The position numbers were made by a program, and so were the translations under genes. A stretch of DNA of 51,304 nt from Octopus bimaculoides (taxonomy: Eukaryota), in the NCBI RefSeq assembly GCF_001194135.2, contig NC_068985.1, positions 67,978,737 to 68,030,040 on the forward strand. The letters run 5' to 3'. The notes beneath the pieces were generated by a model. The model saw only the letters and a program-made list of their open reading frames with translations, was not told the DNA's origin and ran no database searches. Below, in pieces: positions 12,290 through 24,424 of this stretch. Every line of letters starts with the position of its first letter. Position 1 is the first letter of the stretch.

Positions 12290-14900
12290 ATTTTCACCAT
12301 TTCGGACTGTAAAGTCAATTATCTGGCATTTTCTATTCTCTTTTCCAACCAACTCAGGCCTTTTAAGTTCTATTACACTGGCAATGTAAGTATTAAATTT
12401 CTTACTTTCTAGTACTTTACTAGGTTCCTGTTCATGTCATTTATTACTATATTCAAATCCTAGCATCCTGCATAGCTCCCAGCGTATTGCTCTCCCTAGA
12501 TTGCTATGTCTTTTCTTGTATTCTTTTCTGCCAGAGTGCTACATACACTTACTATATGAGTAACGCTTTTTTCTTTTGATTTGCATATGTACACTGGGAA
12601 TCTGCCTGGTTTTGTCTATCTTCGTTTTTATCCAATCAGTTCTTAATTCTTGATTCTGTGCAGCTACTAAGAAACTTTCCTTCTTCAGCTTTTTCTACAG
12701 CCATTACCATGTCTCACTACTACTATTTGCAGAAACTATCTTTGGGAATCTACCATGCAACGCCTTCTCCTGTCAGTCAGGTAATTTCCGTTCATTTTTC
12801 TGGTTTTTAAGTTCGTTTGATGCTTTGGTTTCCCTGTCTTGCTGTGACTCTAGAAGCTTTTAATAAGTTTTCTTCCCTATTACCTACATAAGAGTCTATA
12901 TCTACTCAAGCTAACTCCACGTAGTCTTCTACTAATATTAACCCTCTTCCACATTCCTTTCTAGATACGTATAATCTTGCTACTCCTGATCTTGAGTGGT
13001 TGTCCTCAATTCATATTGAATTCCTTCTTAGTTCTTCTCTCTAGCTTTGCTAATTCAGTTTTTCTCCGATCTACAAAAGCTGCTGAGTATCTAAGTAATG
13101 ATATTGCCCAAGTTTTTACTACCTTCACTATATTTGGACCATTTAGTTTTGACTTCATTAGCTTCCTCACAACTTCTGATGCATTATTTCTCAATTTTCG
13201 TTTTCATTTCTGTAGTTAGTACTCTGTCAGATTCTAATACTCTTAGATACTTATAACTCTCTCCACCCTTCAATTATTTTAATGTCTGGCAATCTGGTCA
13301 TCGAATGCCTTCACTGTTGAATACCTGTCCCCTTCTCATGACTGATATTGCACACTTATCTATGTCAAATTTCATACCTATATCTTTGCTGAAGAGTATT
13401 TTATTCTGTATTAAATAATCTATCTATTTTTCATTCTTACTAAAGTGCCTCAGATCATCCATGTAGAGCAAATGGTTAATTTTTCCATTTCTATTTCTGA
13501 ACTGATACCCAGCCATTGTCTTCCATGATATTAAACTGAGAAGGATCAAACATAAGAACAAATATCTAAAGGGACAACGAGTCCTCCTGGAAAATTTCTC
13601 TTTTGATATTAACTTTCTCTAAGAGTGTGTCACCTTGAACTAAATCTGGTCCCGGGCCCTTCCAATTCGGCATTTTTCCTAACACTTTACTCATTAATGC
13701 ACTAGTTAATCTTAGATCTGGCTACTTCTCATTCACTACTTCTTCCCTCGCTTTATTTAACCATACTGCCTCTTCATTTTGAGTAATTATTTATCAAAAA
13801 TATTACTCCAGAACTTTCTAGCTTCCTCTGCATTAGGTTTCTCATCTTTAGTACTTCGTTCTCTACTATTTATTTGGTTATAAAATCTTCTATCTGTCTC
13901 AAATAATCTATTTTGTGATACTGATCTATTCTTTTCTAATATCTGGAGTGATAACCTGTTACTGCTATGATACGCTATGTCAACTCTTCTGTTATTGTCC
14001 CTAATCGTTTCTCGTTGACTATGTATCTTTCATCGAGGCAAGATTTGGATCCTGCGTTTCCTTACTTGTTTGTTTTCGAAGCCTCTATTCGACTCAGATC
14101 TTTTCTTAAAGTCTTCACATTATTTTGTAGTCGCCTTTTCCACAGTTGCTCTTTTTTAATCTTTCCTTGTGTGATATCTAATCTTCTGGTGACTACTACC
14201 TCTCCTGCATAGATCATAAGTTACTGTCTTCTATATTTTTAGTATCGATCCTACTGATAACAGAATCTACTTTCTTAGTCATTTCTTGTAGTTTCCTTCT
14301 GTTGGTGCCTTTTAATGTTGGCAATCTTTTTCTTACACCTTATTACTTCCAGCAACTCATCTAAAATCTTCTGATATTCCTCACTTAAATCACTCAAGTC
14401 GCTGGTGCCAGTTGTCCCTTTCTTATTGGTTGCGCTATTATTATTTATTTCCTTTAGGTTCTTTGGTTTGCGCTGTATCTCTTATGCTGCTGTTTGTCTT
14501 TCACACTGCCTGGTCTTTCTTTTCCAGTTCTCTTGTGATCTCTTCTACCTCCAATTCTGTCATCCACTTTCTTCTTCTAAGCATGATCAACTAAGCTCTG
14601 CTTAGTCACTTTAAACATACCCTTCTCTACCCGAAGTGTTTCCATCCGTTTTCTATAGCTCTTCTTTTAGGTTCACTTTCTAAGTAGCACTATATCACTA
14701 TCTTGTTTTGTTTTCTTCGTTGATCCACTTTCTCCTCCTTGCTTTAATATCTGTTGATGCTGTATTAGGACAGCTGTGGTCAGTCTGCATCTTCACTGAT
14801 CCACTACCGAGCGAGAGGTCCAGCTTCATTTTCACTGTTACAACCAGAGAACGTCGGAACCTTCTGTCTCTCATAAACCTAGCTAGGATAACATGCGTCA
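12290..14900 (-). mobile_element. R4/Dong-like RLE non-LTR retrotransposon A, decayed, 3'-truncated
   Basis: N-terminal RRKWINEENK..CYLESEP..YRKRM motif; RT with NHLLYMDDL (~13450-13480); KLMKSKLNGPNIVKVVKTWAISLLRYSAAF; RLE start GKENRKCQIIDF at the microsatellite edge. Confidence 0.88.
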
Positions 14901-15611
14901 CCTCGTCATCACCACTATTTGTTTTCGAGATATGAAAGTTTTAAGCAACTTTCTATTGCATCATTTGTTGTACGTGTGTGTTGGTTGGGTGGTGTGTGCT
15001 GCATTTTTTGTGGGGAGGTGGGATAACTTATTGTATCAGTACGTTTTGTTAAGGGGTTTTGTTTAAGTCTTTTGTTGTATTAATTTTTATATTGTGTGTT
15101 GTTTGTGTATTGCAGATTGTATTCTGTCGGGTATCGGCCTTCTATGGCACATGTGGGTTTTGTTCCTTTTGTTGGGTATTTTCAGTATGATATTTTTCTT
15201 GTACATTTTTGAAGGGATATTACAAAGTAGTGTCTGTGCAATTCCTAAATCAACGATTTTTTAGTATTTATGATTATCCGTCCGACGATTTTTTTTGTTT
15301 GGTTTTCTTAGAGGTTCCGTTAATTATTATTATTATTATTATTATTATTATCCCTTTCATGATTATCTGTTTTCAATTCTTTTCCTTTAGGAGTGCCTTG
15401 TTGACACCTGGGGCAGAGAAACGCATTGCATACGTTTGTATGCCATTAAAATAATCACGCCAGATTGTTCATTTACAAAGTCATGTGATAAAAAAGAGGA
15501 AAAAAATGACGGAGAGAAACTGGAAAAAATATGAAATATAAAAGTAGACAAAGATAATAAATGCCAAAAATACGAAAGTTCACAGCGACAATGCTCTTCT
15601 CAATATTATTA

Positions 15612-15634
15612 TTGTTGTTGTTGTTGTTGTTATA

Positions 15635-15700
<66 letters not shown>
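15612..15700. repeat. (GTT)n-(ATT)n tract, the (AAT)n tail of element B
   Basis: Read directly; abuts the 3' UTR of element B. Confidence 0.95.
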
Positions 15701-15702
<2 letters not shown>

Positions 15703-17145
15703 ATATTTGACTTTTGCCTTGTATTTGAACAAGTTGGCTCCAAGTCTCATCTAGAGACCTCTAAAGACAACAAGATAGAAGATCATGGTGTTATGTCTAG
15801 GGTGTCACGTATCTGGTTTTGTGCATAGTATCGTTCTAGAGAGTGTTTAAGAAAACATAAGAAAATTAACAGTTTGTTTTAAAACTTGAGATTACATAGA
15901 CAGTATTTTACGTAAAATATGCGCATTTCTCATGAACACTATCTTTTAAATTTCTGCCATTTTGGGGTTTCCTGGTATCTGAGCTTGGTAGTAATCAACC
16001 CTGTTGTTATCATTCTTAGAGCACCTGTCCTTCCACATTTTGCCAATTTCGATTTCAAGATCTTTATACATGTTCAGTTTTTGGTAGGCCTTGACAGATA
16101 CATTTAAGTCGATTGAGATAGTCATATCAATGAAGAGGCATGACTTTTGCTTGAAGTCTTTCAATATAATGTCTGGCCTGTTCGCATCTATCTTTCTCTC
16201 GGTTTGAATGGTGAAGTTCCAGAGGAGTGAGATGTGATCATTTTCAAGCACAGTAAGTGATATGTGTTCCAACTAGTTTTTATCATGGGGCAGGTCCAGG
16301 TTTTTGCCACTTACCCAGTGAATATATTGTGCTGCTCTATCATGCCTGTTGAGATACTCTGTAGGCGGTAGAAAAATGCACACGTAGACAACATGATCAA
16401 TGATTTCATTTTGTTGTTCACATACACGATATGGGCCTGGTAGTTTCTTGTAGGTAGGTATTGATATTTGACTGCTATGATTATCCCTTCTATTTCTGAT
16501 TTTAAGCCAGAAGACATAAACCATTGATGGGTAAGAGCTTTGTCAATATCGGCACTATTAGCTCTCTTTGGGCATTTGCCATTCAGAGGTTTTTCTTGCC
16601 ATTTATCATTAAGAATATCTAAGGCAGCAGTTTTAGCTCGGGTTTTCATTCGCTTAGCTTTTTCTGTGCTTGTTTCTAGTACGTCTAATTATGGAATTTG
16701 TTGTATTTGGATTTCACTTAGGTATTCCTTTACCTGCTTTTTTTTTTACTGAGTATGATGCTTTTTTTGTTTTCAATCTTTGAGACAAGTTTTAACATCC
16801 AGTCCTCAGAATTTTTCAGGTAGCTGTCTAAGCCACTTGTGGCAATCTTCATTGTTAATTCCAGGTGTAAAAGTCCACGGCCGCCCTCTTTTCTAGGCAG
16901 ATAAAGTCGTTCTATATCTGCCTTAGTGTGGTGCATTCTCTGCATTGTCAACAATTTTAGTATTTTTCTGTCAAGATTACATATTTCAGTAATTGACTAG
17001 TTAATGCTATTGAAGCTGTAAGTCACGACTGGAATGGCTAAAACATTGATCGCTTTGATCCTGTTTCTTGCATTCAGCTGTGTTGCCCTTTACCTGCGAT
17101 AACATTCACTTCTGATCTTTTCGCCTCATCACTGAATTTTATTCT
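15701..17145 (-). mobile_element. R4/Dong-like LINE B, 5'-truncated, 3' end intact
   Basis: MHHTKADIERLYLPRKEGGRGLL; SSGLKSEIEG; CCHC remnant RVCEQQNEIIDHVVYVC; RLE ANRPDIILKDFKQKSCLFIDM...QKLNMYKDLEIEIGKMWK; 3' UTR followed by (AAT)n. Confidence 0.9.
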
Positions 17146-17149
17146 TACT

Positions 17150-17201
17150 TTTAATGTTGTTGTTATTATTATTATTATTGTTGCTGTTGTTGTTATTATT
17201 G

Positions 17202-17266
<65 letters not shown>

Positions 17267-17267
17267 T
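17150..17267. repeat. (GTT/ATT)n tract between LINEs B and C
   Basis: Read directly; it is the tail of C and the 5' flank of B. Confidence 0.95.
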
Positions 17268-19240
17268 AAGACGCTGCACAGTTTTCAATATCTTAATATT
17301 GCTGACTGAAGATTGTGTGTCTACTAGAGGTTTGTACTATCTGTCAAGTCACATCAAGGACCTCAGACAGACAGTACTTTACACCATATGCGTGCAGTTC
17401 CAAGTAAAACCGATTTTTTCAATACACCTAAATTGTAGCATATTTCTAATATTTCCAGATATTTTTCCAGATCTGGTGGTATTGAACCCAATGCTCCGAC
17501 GATGATAGTAGAGACAAACTTTATGTTTGTCTCTCGTAGCTACTACATTTTAGCGATCTCCATTCTCTGGTCAACGTAATTATCAATCTTTTCTCTTTTT
17601 TTCATGATATGTCGATCTCCTGGTTCTGCCATGTCGATTGTTTGGCACTGTTGGTTGTCCACTCCTGAAGGTTATTATATCCGGCCTTCGGTGCTCTAAC
17701 AACTTGTCTGTCTGGAAGTGAAAGTCCCAAAGGGTTGTTGCCTTTCCCTTTTTGTCCATTACTTTTGCAGGTATATGTTGGTACCAAGCAGCCGTTACTT
17801 CGTATCCATACTTCCGGCATACTAGCCGTTAAAGGTTTTGGGCTTCCTTATGGTGTCTGCATTTGTACTCTTTCTGTGCAAGACTTTCACAAACACTAAC
17901 ATGTGAGTCACACTTTCGACTCTCTTCTCACACATTCTACAGTTCTTTTTAATTTTGTTGTATATATATCCCTTCTCACTGAGTTGGTATTCAATGCCTG
18001 ATCCTGGCCAGTGATGATTAGGATTTCAGTATTCTTTTTTTAAGTCACCCTTACTGAGACACCATCATGATACTTCCTGGTCTTCTGAGTTGTTAGTTTC
18101 ACAGTGGAACTGACCATATAACTCCCTGAGGAGAAGGTTTCTTTCTCTCTTGTCGGCTGTTCGTGATCAGAATTCATATGCACTCTCATGTTCATTTTTG
18201 GTAAATTCTTCTGCATTAGCAGCATACTCCAGCAGATCTTGTTTCCTGTTTACCAAATGTTCTGCCATGTTTGTTCTTTCCCTGTTGGTACTCTCCCGTT
18301 CAGCCCACGTTCACCTTCACCGCTCTCCATCTGGAGCCTGTGTACATTCACCTTAGGGCGGAGGGTATCATGCATTGTCATTGTCTTTCAGGTAGTGCGA
18401 TCCATTTCAGGATGGGTGCACTATATCGGACTACGGCAAGGACACTTATGTTGATGGTAGTTACAAGGTTCGTTGAGTTGAGTTTTGATTTCAAGAGAAT
18501 TGTGAGGCACTTCAAATATGTAATGATAATCTTGTCTTTCATTTCTCTGTGCAAGATATCCAACTCCAGGATCACAAGGTACTTGTAAACATCACCATCC
18601 GGTTTTCCATTCTCTCTCCGAATGGCAATTCTATGCCCCTACAATCTGCTCTTTTTCCCCGTTCCAAAGTGAGTAACGTACACTATGAGATGTCGAATTC
18701 CATTCCTATATCCTTTCTGCACACCTGGACAGTCTCAACCAGCTTCTCCATTTCAGGCTTTGCTTTGCGAACAGTTTTAAATCATCCATGAGGTAAAGGT
18801 GATTGAGACGAAGTCCATTCTTTCTCAGTTCATAGTGCGCGTTGACTTTGCTTAGGACTACAGAGAGTGGGATCAAGGCTATATCAAATAACAAAGGAGA
18901 ACAAGAGTCTTCCTGGAAGATACCATGTTTGATTGTTACATCGGTTAAGTGCTGGTTGCTACACAAAACACATGTTTTCCAAATAGGCATGCTGTTCTTA
19001 ATCAGTGCTCACACGTTCTCAGCTATTTCACACAAGTCGAGAGTTTACAAAATCCGCCATTTTTTAATGACTCTTTAGTTTGTTTTTTTTTGGTACCGTT
19101 TACAGTTCTTCATTTCAACCTTGTCTATCACAGGGTGTTCCTTGTTGTCTCTGGATACTTTTCGGCATTCTTTTTGTTGTACTGGAAGTAGATTGTTTCC
19201 GCAAAGAAATATTCTCCCTGTGAAGATGTCTGTTAACACT
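17268..19240 (-). mobile_element. R4/Dong-like LINE C, 5'-truncated, 3' end intact
   Basis: RT GIFQEDSCSPLLF...LNHLYLMDDLKLFAK; LKSKLNSTNLVTTIN; CCHC CRMCEKRVESVTHV; RLE LWDFHFQTD..LEHRRPDII; C-terminus IIVGALGSIP..SVLLGTAH; (AAT)n tail. Confidence 0.9.
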
Positions 19241-19257
19241 TTCCATTATTATTATGA

Positions 19258-19427
19258 AGTCTACGATGTGGCAGAGTCGTTAGCACGTCGGGCGAAATGC
19301 TTAGCGGTATTTCGTCCGTTGCTACGTTCTGAGTTCATACTCCAGCGAGGTACCTTTTATCCCTACGGAGTTGATAAATTAAGTACCACTTACGCATTGA
19401 GGTGGATGTAATCGACTATCTCACTGC

Positions 19428-19430
<3 letters not shown>
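19258..19430 (+). mobile_element. tRNA-derived SINE (third family), decayed
   Basis: A-box-like tggcagagtcgttagc, B-box-like gagttcatactcc, central gttgataaattaagtacca domain; ends in (ATT)n. Confidence 0.7.
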
Positions 19431-19482
<52 letters not shown>

Positions 19483-19527
19483 GAGTGAGTGAGAGAGACG
19501 TGCATGCCATCAAAATGATACGAAGCC
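19483..19527 (-). mobile_element. 3' tip of the ~560-bp (AAT)n-anchored non-coding element
   Basis: gagtgagtgagagagacgtgcatgccatcaaaatga matches the reverse complement of ...ttgatg(g/a)catgcactgctctctcactc at 35980-36007; preceded by (ATT)n. Confidence 0.7.
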
Positions 19528-21272
19528 AAGTTTCTGTAGAATCTCTCAAAGACTACAGAAAAACCGAAAGATGTATTTGGATAGACCCACCACTAGAGAT
19601 TATAGAGAAAACAAACAAACGTACAATAGTGTACAAAGCTAGAGCATTAAAAGTTAAACTGATAGAAACTTCCACAAAGCAAGCAGTTGAAAAATGCTTG
19701 TAACCCATTTGGAAAGACGTAAATTATCTGGCGAGGGGTAAGAAATAAGGCACAACTGAAGTTAGAGTTAATATAAAAGATGTAGTAAAGCAGCACTCAA
19801 CAGCCAAGCTGAGAAACAGTGAACTTGTCCTAGTTCCAATATATTTGGGACGGGGCGTCGTCAAGATAAAAATACCGGAGATGCCACCAGATACGAACAC
19901 TTGCTGGATTGTCGCGGCCGTCTTTCTCGACTTGGAGGATAAAATCAGAATCATTCAAGTCGAGAAACAAGGATAAGACAACTGGACTGGTCAGGAATTG
20001 CAAATAATGGACCAAATAAACCAAAACGTTTTCGAACAAATTCCTGACAAACTAAGCCTTCCAGATGGTACTATGCTGAACATCACTTCGTCATTTACTA
20101 CCACCTCACTATGGTGTCTTGCCCCAATACATACCTGGTCAAGCTGGAGCATTTGATTTTCCACCTCTTAGGAAAAGAACGGACTATGCTGGTCAGGCGC
20201 TTCATTTGCTGTCAGCACCCTATGAACGGTGGACTGGGTATGCTACTGCTACTGCTACTGATACGCAGCCATGTGCTGAGGCTGCAGCACATCCAGCTTT
20301 TCCTGGACGACGGTAAGCAGGTGTGGTCGCCGTTTGTCAGACTCGCTTTCCAGCAGCTTGTCTCTTTAACTGAGCTGCAATCTTGGATCAAGCGCAGACA
20401 GAGGCTGGGCGTCTGACACCTTGAGTGTCACCAGGCACTTACGACCTCAGTCAGTCGGGCAATACGGTTAATGGAAGTTCACCTATGACGTTGTATAGAG
20501 GGTTGGTGGCTAAAGGAAATGACGACGTTCTCGATGAATTTCAACTTGCCAGTCCGTTTCGGAGGGCATCCGGGCCGAGGCCTATGGATAACTTCCAGAA
20601 ATCCCTAGGGGGAGAGGGGGGGCTTTGACTGTTCGAGATAAACTCTAGAGGCACGGAACTGCCGTCAGTCAGACCTGTTCGAAATGTGTGAATAGCGACG
20701 AAACCGTTCTGCACGCACTCGTCCAGTGCCCGAGCATATCCGATATATGGGTTTATGTTGAACACTTGCTGTCACGTATAAGACGTATCCTCTTGTCGGC
20801 TGATTCCAACATAAGGACTGTCCTGCCGCCATCCTTTGGCCGGCAAGGTGAGGCAATTTTCATTGTCTCGTGGCTGTAGCGAAAGAGGTTGTGTTGTGGT
20901 CTAGACTGAAAGAGCTGAAGACAGATACTTTCCTCTTTGGCCTACCACTCATCAACTTTTTCAGATACTATCTGAAAAGGAAAGTGAGGGTTGAAAGAGA
21001 AGTGCTGGCTTCTAGCAAATTTGTTGAAAGGTGGGTGAATGTGGCTGAGAGAGAAAGAAAGATAGGGAGAGGGCGCTTGCACTAGTGATCGTGACGCTCG
21101 TGGGTTCTCCATGAGTAGCCCTGAGTTGTTTGCCTCATTTAGGAACTTCCTTTGTAATAGTTTTCATTGTTATCGACTTTTTACATGACACTTTATGTAA
21201 CCCTACTATGTCCTTCAAGTTTTGTAATGTCCAATCTTATTTTTGTCGGCCTTTGTGGTTGATAAAGAAAGG
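19528..21272 (+). mobile_element. Tx1/L1-clade LINE, internally deleted (ORF1 piece joined to ORF2 C-terminus)
   Basis: ORF1-like frame 19528-20095 with 2 stops (..KYGTTEVRV..LVLVPIYLGRGVVKIKIPEMPP..). It passes abruptly to ORF2 C-terminal motifs LIFHLLGKER..RRFICCQHPMNGGLGM, the CCHC knuckle CSKCVNSDETVLHALVQCP and KRKVRVERE..KFVERW. A 3' UTR ends gataaagaaa, then gg(ATT)n. No APE or RT motifs lie between. Confidence 0.8.

Positions 21273-21330
<58 letters not shown>
21273..21330. repeat. (ATT)n tract joining the Tx1 3' end and the Penelope-like end
   Basis: Read directly. Confidence 0.95.
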
Positions 21331-21331
<1 letters not shown>

Positions 21332-22050
21332 GACGAAGAGCGCGATTCGAATGTAATAGATATTTTATTCGTTGAACGATATTTCGACAGTAAGCCTCTC
21401 TTCGTCGAGTTCAAAATAAGAAGTGATAAACATTCGAAATTATAGAAATTTAAATTTAAATTTAAAGTATGAACGAGAGAAACTAGCGTTCGCACGTTGA
21501 TGGAATGACCTCATCGGTCTTTAAGTTTCAATTTTATAACAGGCGAAAAGAAAAAGACAGAAAGAAAAGACGAAAGAAGACAGAAAGAAAGATGAAAGAA
21601 CAAAGAACAGAAAAAAAAAGAATATTTAATCAAACAATTTTGTATAAATTTGATGATATTCTCCTGCCATTTTATTCATTCCTCTAGGGCTTGATGCTAA
21701 TAACTCGCAAACATATTTCTCCTCATGCATTTTGAGAAGTGAAAGTGAAGCAGATTCAAAATATTTTCTGTGAATAGAGACTTTCAAGACTTTTCAAAAT
21801 TGCAGCCATTTGAAGCAAAATGTTTAGCAAGTGCCAGACTATTATTGTTGTTCTTGATTTTGTTGTTTTTGTTGTTATTATTTACTTTTAATTTGCATAT
21901 TTTCTACAATTACTTGCCGAGAAACACCCATCATCTTAGAGCGAGTGAAGAACACACGTTACAGTATGACTGATAGCTTGGTGGGGTAAGTGCAAAGAGC
22001 AGTAGCGAAATATCTTCTTGCAATACAACACATACATTTAAATTGATAAG
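21331..22050 (-). mobile_element. Penelope-like element 3' end (GIY-YIG C-terminus, UTR and terminal hammerhead region)
   Basis: Minus strand LAKHFASNGCNF / LKVSIHRKYFESASLSLLKMHEEKYVCELLASSPRGMN resembles the PLE endonuclease end (A.HF...H...E..WI..L.T..P.GLN). A hammerhead fold follows ~270 nt downstream. Confidence 0.6.
21365..21419 (-). ncRNA. Minimal type I hammerhead ribozyme fold, variant core
   Basis: UUAUU-UUGAAC [UCGACGA] A GAGAG-GCUUA-CUGUC [GAAA] UAUC / GUUCAA-CG-AAUAA. Stem I is 6 bp plus 5 bp across a 2-nt bulge; stem II is 4 of 5 bp; stem III is the palindrome AUAU; predicted cleavage triplet AUC. Confidence 0.65.
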
Positions 22051-22059
22051 GATTTTCTA

Positions 22060-24330
22060 AAGATGTGAGCAGGACTTTTTAGCATAATCTTTTGGATTTC
22101 TTTGAAAGATGGTTCTCCTGGGATATCATCTGGATTGTTTTGACATCCCTTTCTTATCACACCTAGGACACCCACAATAACAGGAACAGTTCTCGCTTTA
22201 AGATGCCGCATTTATTGCATTTCAGTTTCCAGGTCCTTCTATTTACTTAATTTGACACATTATTTTACAGATATATTTTTATCAGTGGGTATATTAACAC
22301 GGTGTCCCAAAAGTCAATGAGGGGTTTCAATTCTTAACTTTACAAATAAATGCAAGAAATGTTGATATAATATAAAGGACATATTGCAAATTAATATGCC
22401 CAAATATTGCAACACTACTACATCACATATGAAAAATGACATCGTTTCAAAGATGAATGCCAGAAACATAATTTCGTCAATAAACTCGGGCGTATTCCCT
22501 GTACGAAGATCAGTGGAGACGTACTTCTCCCTGGAAGATACCTCTCTTGACTTTCACTTCTCTTAATACTTGATTCTCTTGTGCCAATTGCTTTCTCCCG
22601 TATTCCATGCTATTACATATAAGGATTCTTATAATTTCTGCTACTCCATATATTTCTATTGTTTTTATTATCCAGAGGTGTGATATAACATCGTATGATG
22701 CACGATTTTCAACCCATGCCAAGCTCAGGCTTGTGTATTTTCTCTTGCAGTTCCTGATAATCGGATTATCAATTAAGAACTGATTCTTCGTTCCCCGGTT
22801 CCTCTTTCGGTACCCTTTCTGTTCAATAGGCAGCAGCCCACTGTTTTTCAAGTACCTGTACAGTTCACCAGCCAAAGCACCTGACAATAGTTTCTACATT
22901 AGTGGAAGGCACGTTATTGGTCTAAAGTTGAATGCAGCATTTCCCTTTTCAGGATTCTTGCCACACAACAATGTCTTTTTCTTTGTCATTTAAGTGGGTG
23001 ATGCGCCTTTTTGCGAGCACTCATCTAGCTGTTGTGCTATTTTTTCATGGATCCCTCTGAACTTTTTCATCCAACAAGCTTGGACTCCTTCCGGTCCTTG
23101 GTTCTTCCAATTTGGGAATTTTTTAAACTGCTTTTTAAAATCATTTCTGTAGTTATTTTTGTGTCTTCGTGGCCTTCTATATTTCTTAACCTATCTAGGA
23201 TTTCATGCAGCCATTCCGCTTCATCATTATGCTCTACAGGTCGGTCCCAGATCCCTCTCCAGAATGCTCTCCTTTCCTTTGCATCTGATATCATTGTTAC
23301 GTGTAATTGCCCATCCAGTTCCTGAAAACGCTTCTTCTACTTTACTTCAAGCTATCTGTTTTGCCTGAATCGTTTTCATCTATTATCATATCTTTCCAGT
23401 TTTCCTTTGATTGCTACTACTCATTGTTTCAATTCTTCCAATATCAAATCATACCCTTTATCTCTTATTGTATATGTTCTTATCAACATTTTTATTATGC
23501 TTTTGCTCTGCAATTCCCCTCTACTCAATCTATCAATTGTCCTAAATGTCATTTTAACTTCGTTTGTTTCTCACAAATTCATCCATGCCAGAATGGTTCT
23601 TTACATTATGTTTGTTCTCTTCTCTTGTATCCAGCTCTATCTGCAGCAACCATAGCTGCAGCCCAAATGATCTTGTTAGCTTCAGTTATATTTCTCGTCT
23701 GGAATAGCCCAAGAACCGAATCTATCTGTTCGGTTTCAACTTTGAGCTTGCGTCGATCAATGCACTTCAAATTCGCGGGTGCTTGATCCTGGTCTTCTCT
23801 AATATATCGGCTCAGCATTCTCATTATATCTTGTTTGTCATCTTCGTATTCTTCTGCTATAGCTCTTCCTATTACTTCTGCTTCATTTGCTGAGAATGCA
23901 TTTACACTTTCACTTAGCTCTACATTTTCATTGTTGCCATTAATTTCTCTGTTCTTACTGGGCAATGTATCCGTTGGTGAAGTTTTATTTCTATTTTTTA
24001 CTTTCCTTTTATCTCTTCAATTTCTATGTCTGCTAACCATCCTTTCTCTTCAGCTAACCGTTGCTAACTTATTTCGAAGAGTCCTTTTTCATTCTATTTT
24101 GCTTTCATTCGTTGTCGGAATTCACTTCTACTGGGTTCACTCTTGATCCATCATTTACAGTTCTATTACAATTCAATTACAGTTCGGTTTTTACCTCCTT
24201 ATCCCACGTTCTTCTCTACCTCTGCATAACAACCGGGTCTACGCTGCTCAACCACAGAAAACCAGCCGGGTGAAAGGCTTTCACCTTTCGTTCCAGCGTC
24301 ATTAACACTGTTATTTGATGCATTTGTATT
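22060..24330 (-). mobile_element. R4/Dong-like LINE D (5' end retained, interrupted and internally deleted)
   Basis: N-terminal region; LLPIEQKGYRKRNRGTKNQFLID..NCKRKYTSLSLAWV..KRGIFQG (22510-22887); separate C-terminal piece DLETEM..HLKARTVPVIVG..(22060-22270). The 5' end abuts (AAC/AAT)n at 24330. Confidence 0.85.
22298..22505 (-). mobile_element. Tc1/mariner-superfamily terminal fragment inserted in LINE D
   Basis: TIR-like cacggtgtcccaaaagtc at 22298; minus-strand GIHL*NDVIF resembles a transposase C-terminus. The partner TIR is not seen. Confidence 0.5.
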
Positions 24331-24355
24331 TATTATTATTATTGTTGTTGTTGTT

Positions 24356-24391
<36 letters not shown>

Positions 24392-24421
24392 ATTATTATT
24401 ATTATTATTATTAATAATAAT
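24331..24421. repeat. Compound (ATT)n-(GTT)n-(ATT)n-(AAT)n tract
   Basis: Read directly. Confidence 0.95.
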
Positions 24422-24424
24422 ATT

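Noticed and set aside
14930-15320. A/C-skewed segment upstream of LINE A
   Set aside because: It could be the 5' UTR of A or another repeat; there is no motif to decide, so it is left unannotated.
24241-24299. Structured 5' leader of LINE D (ACGCTG/CAGCGT outer stem, GGTGAAAG/CTTTCACC hairpin) as an HDV-like ribozyme
   Set aside because: A P1-like helix exists, but there is no G-U at position 1, no UYCNCG-type L3 and no GG for P1.1, so it does not fit the HDV fold.
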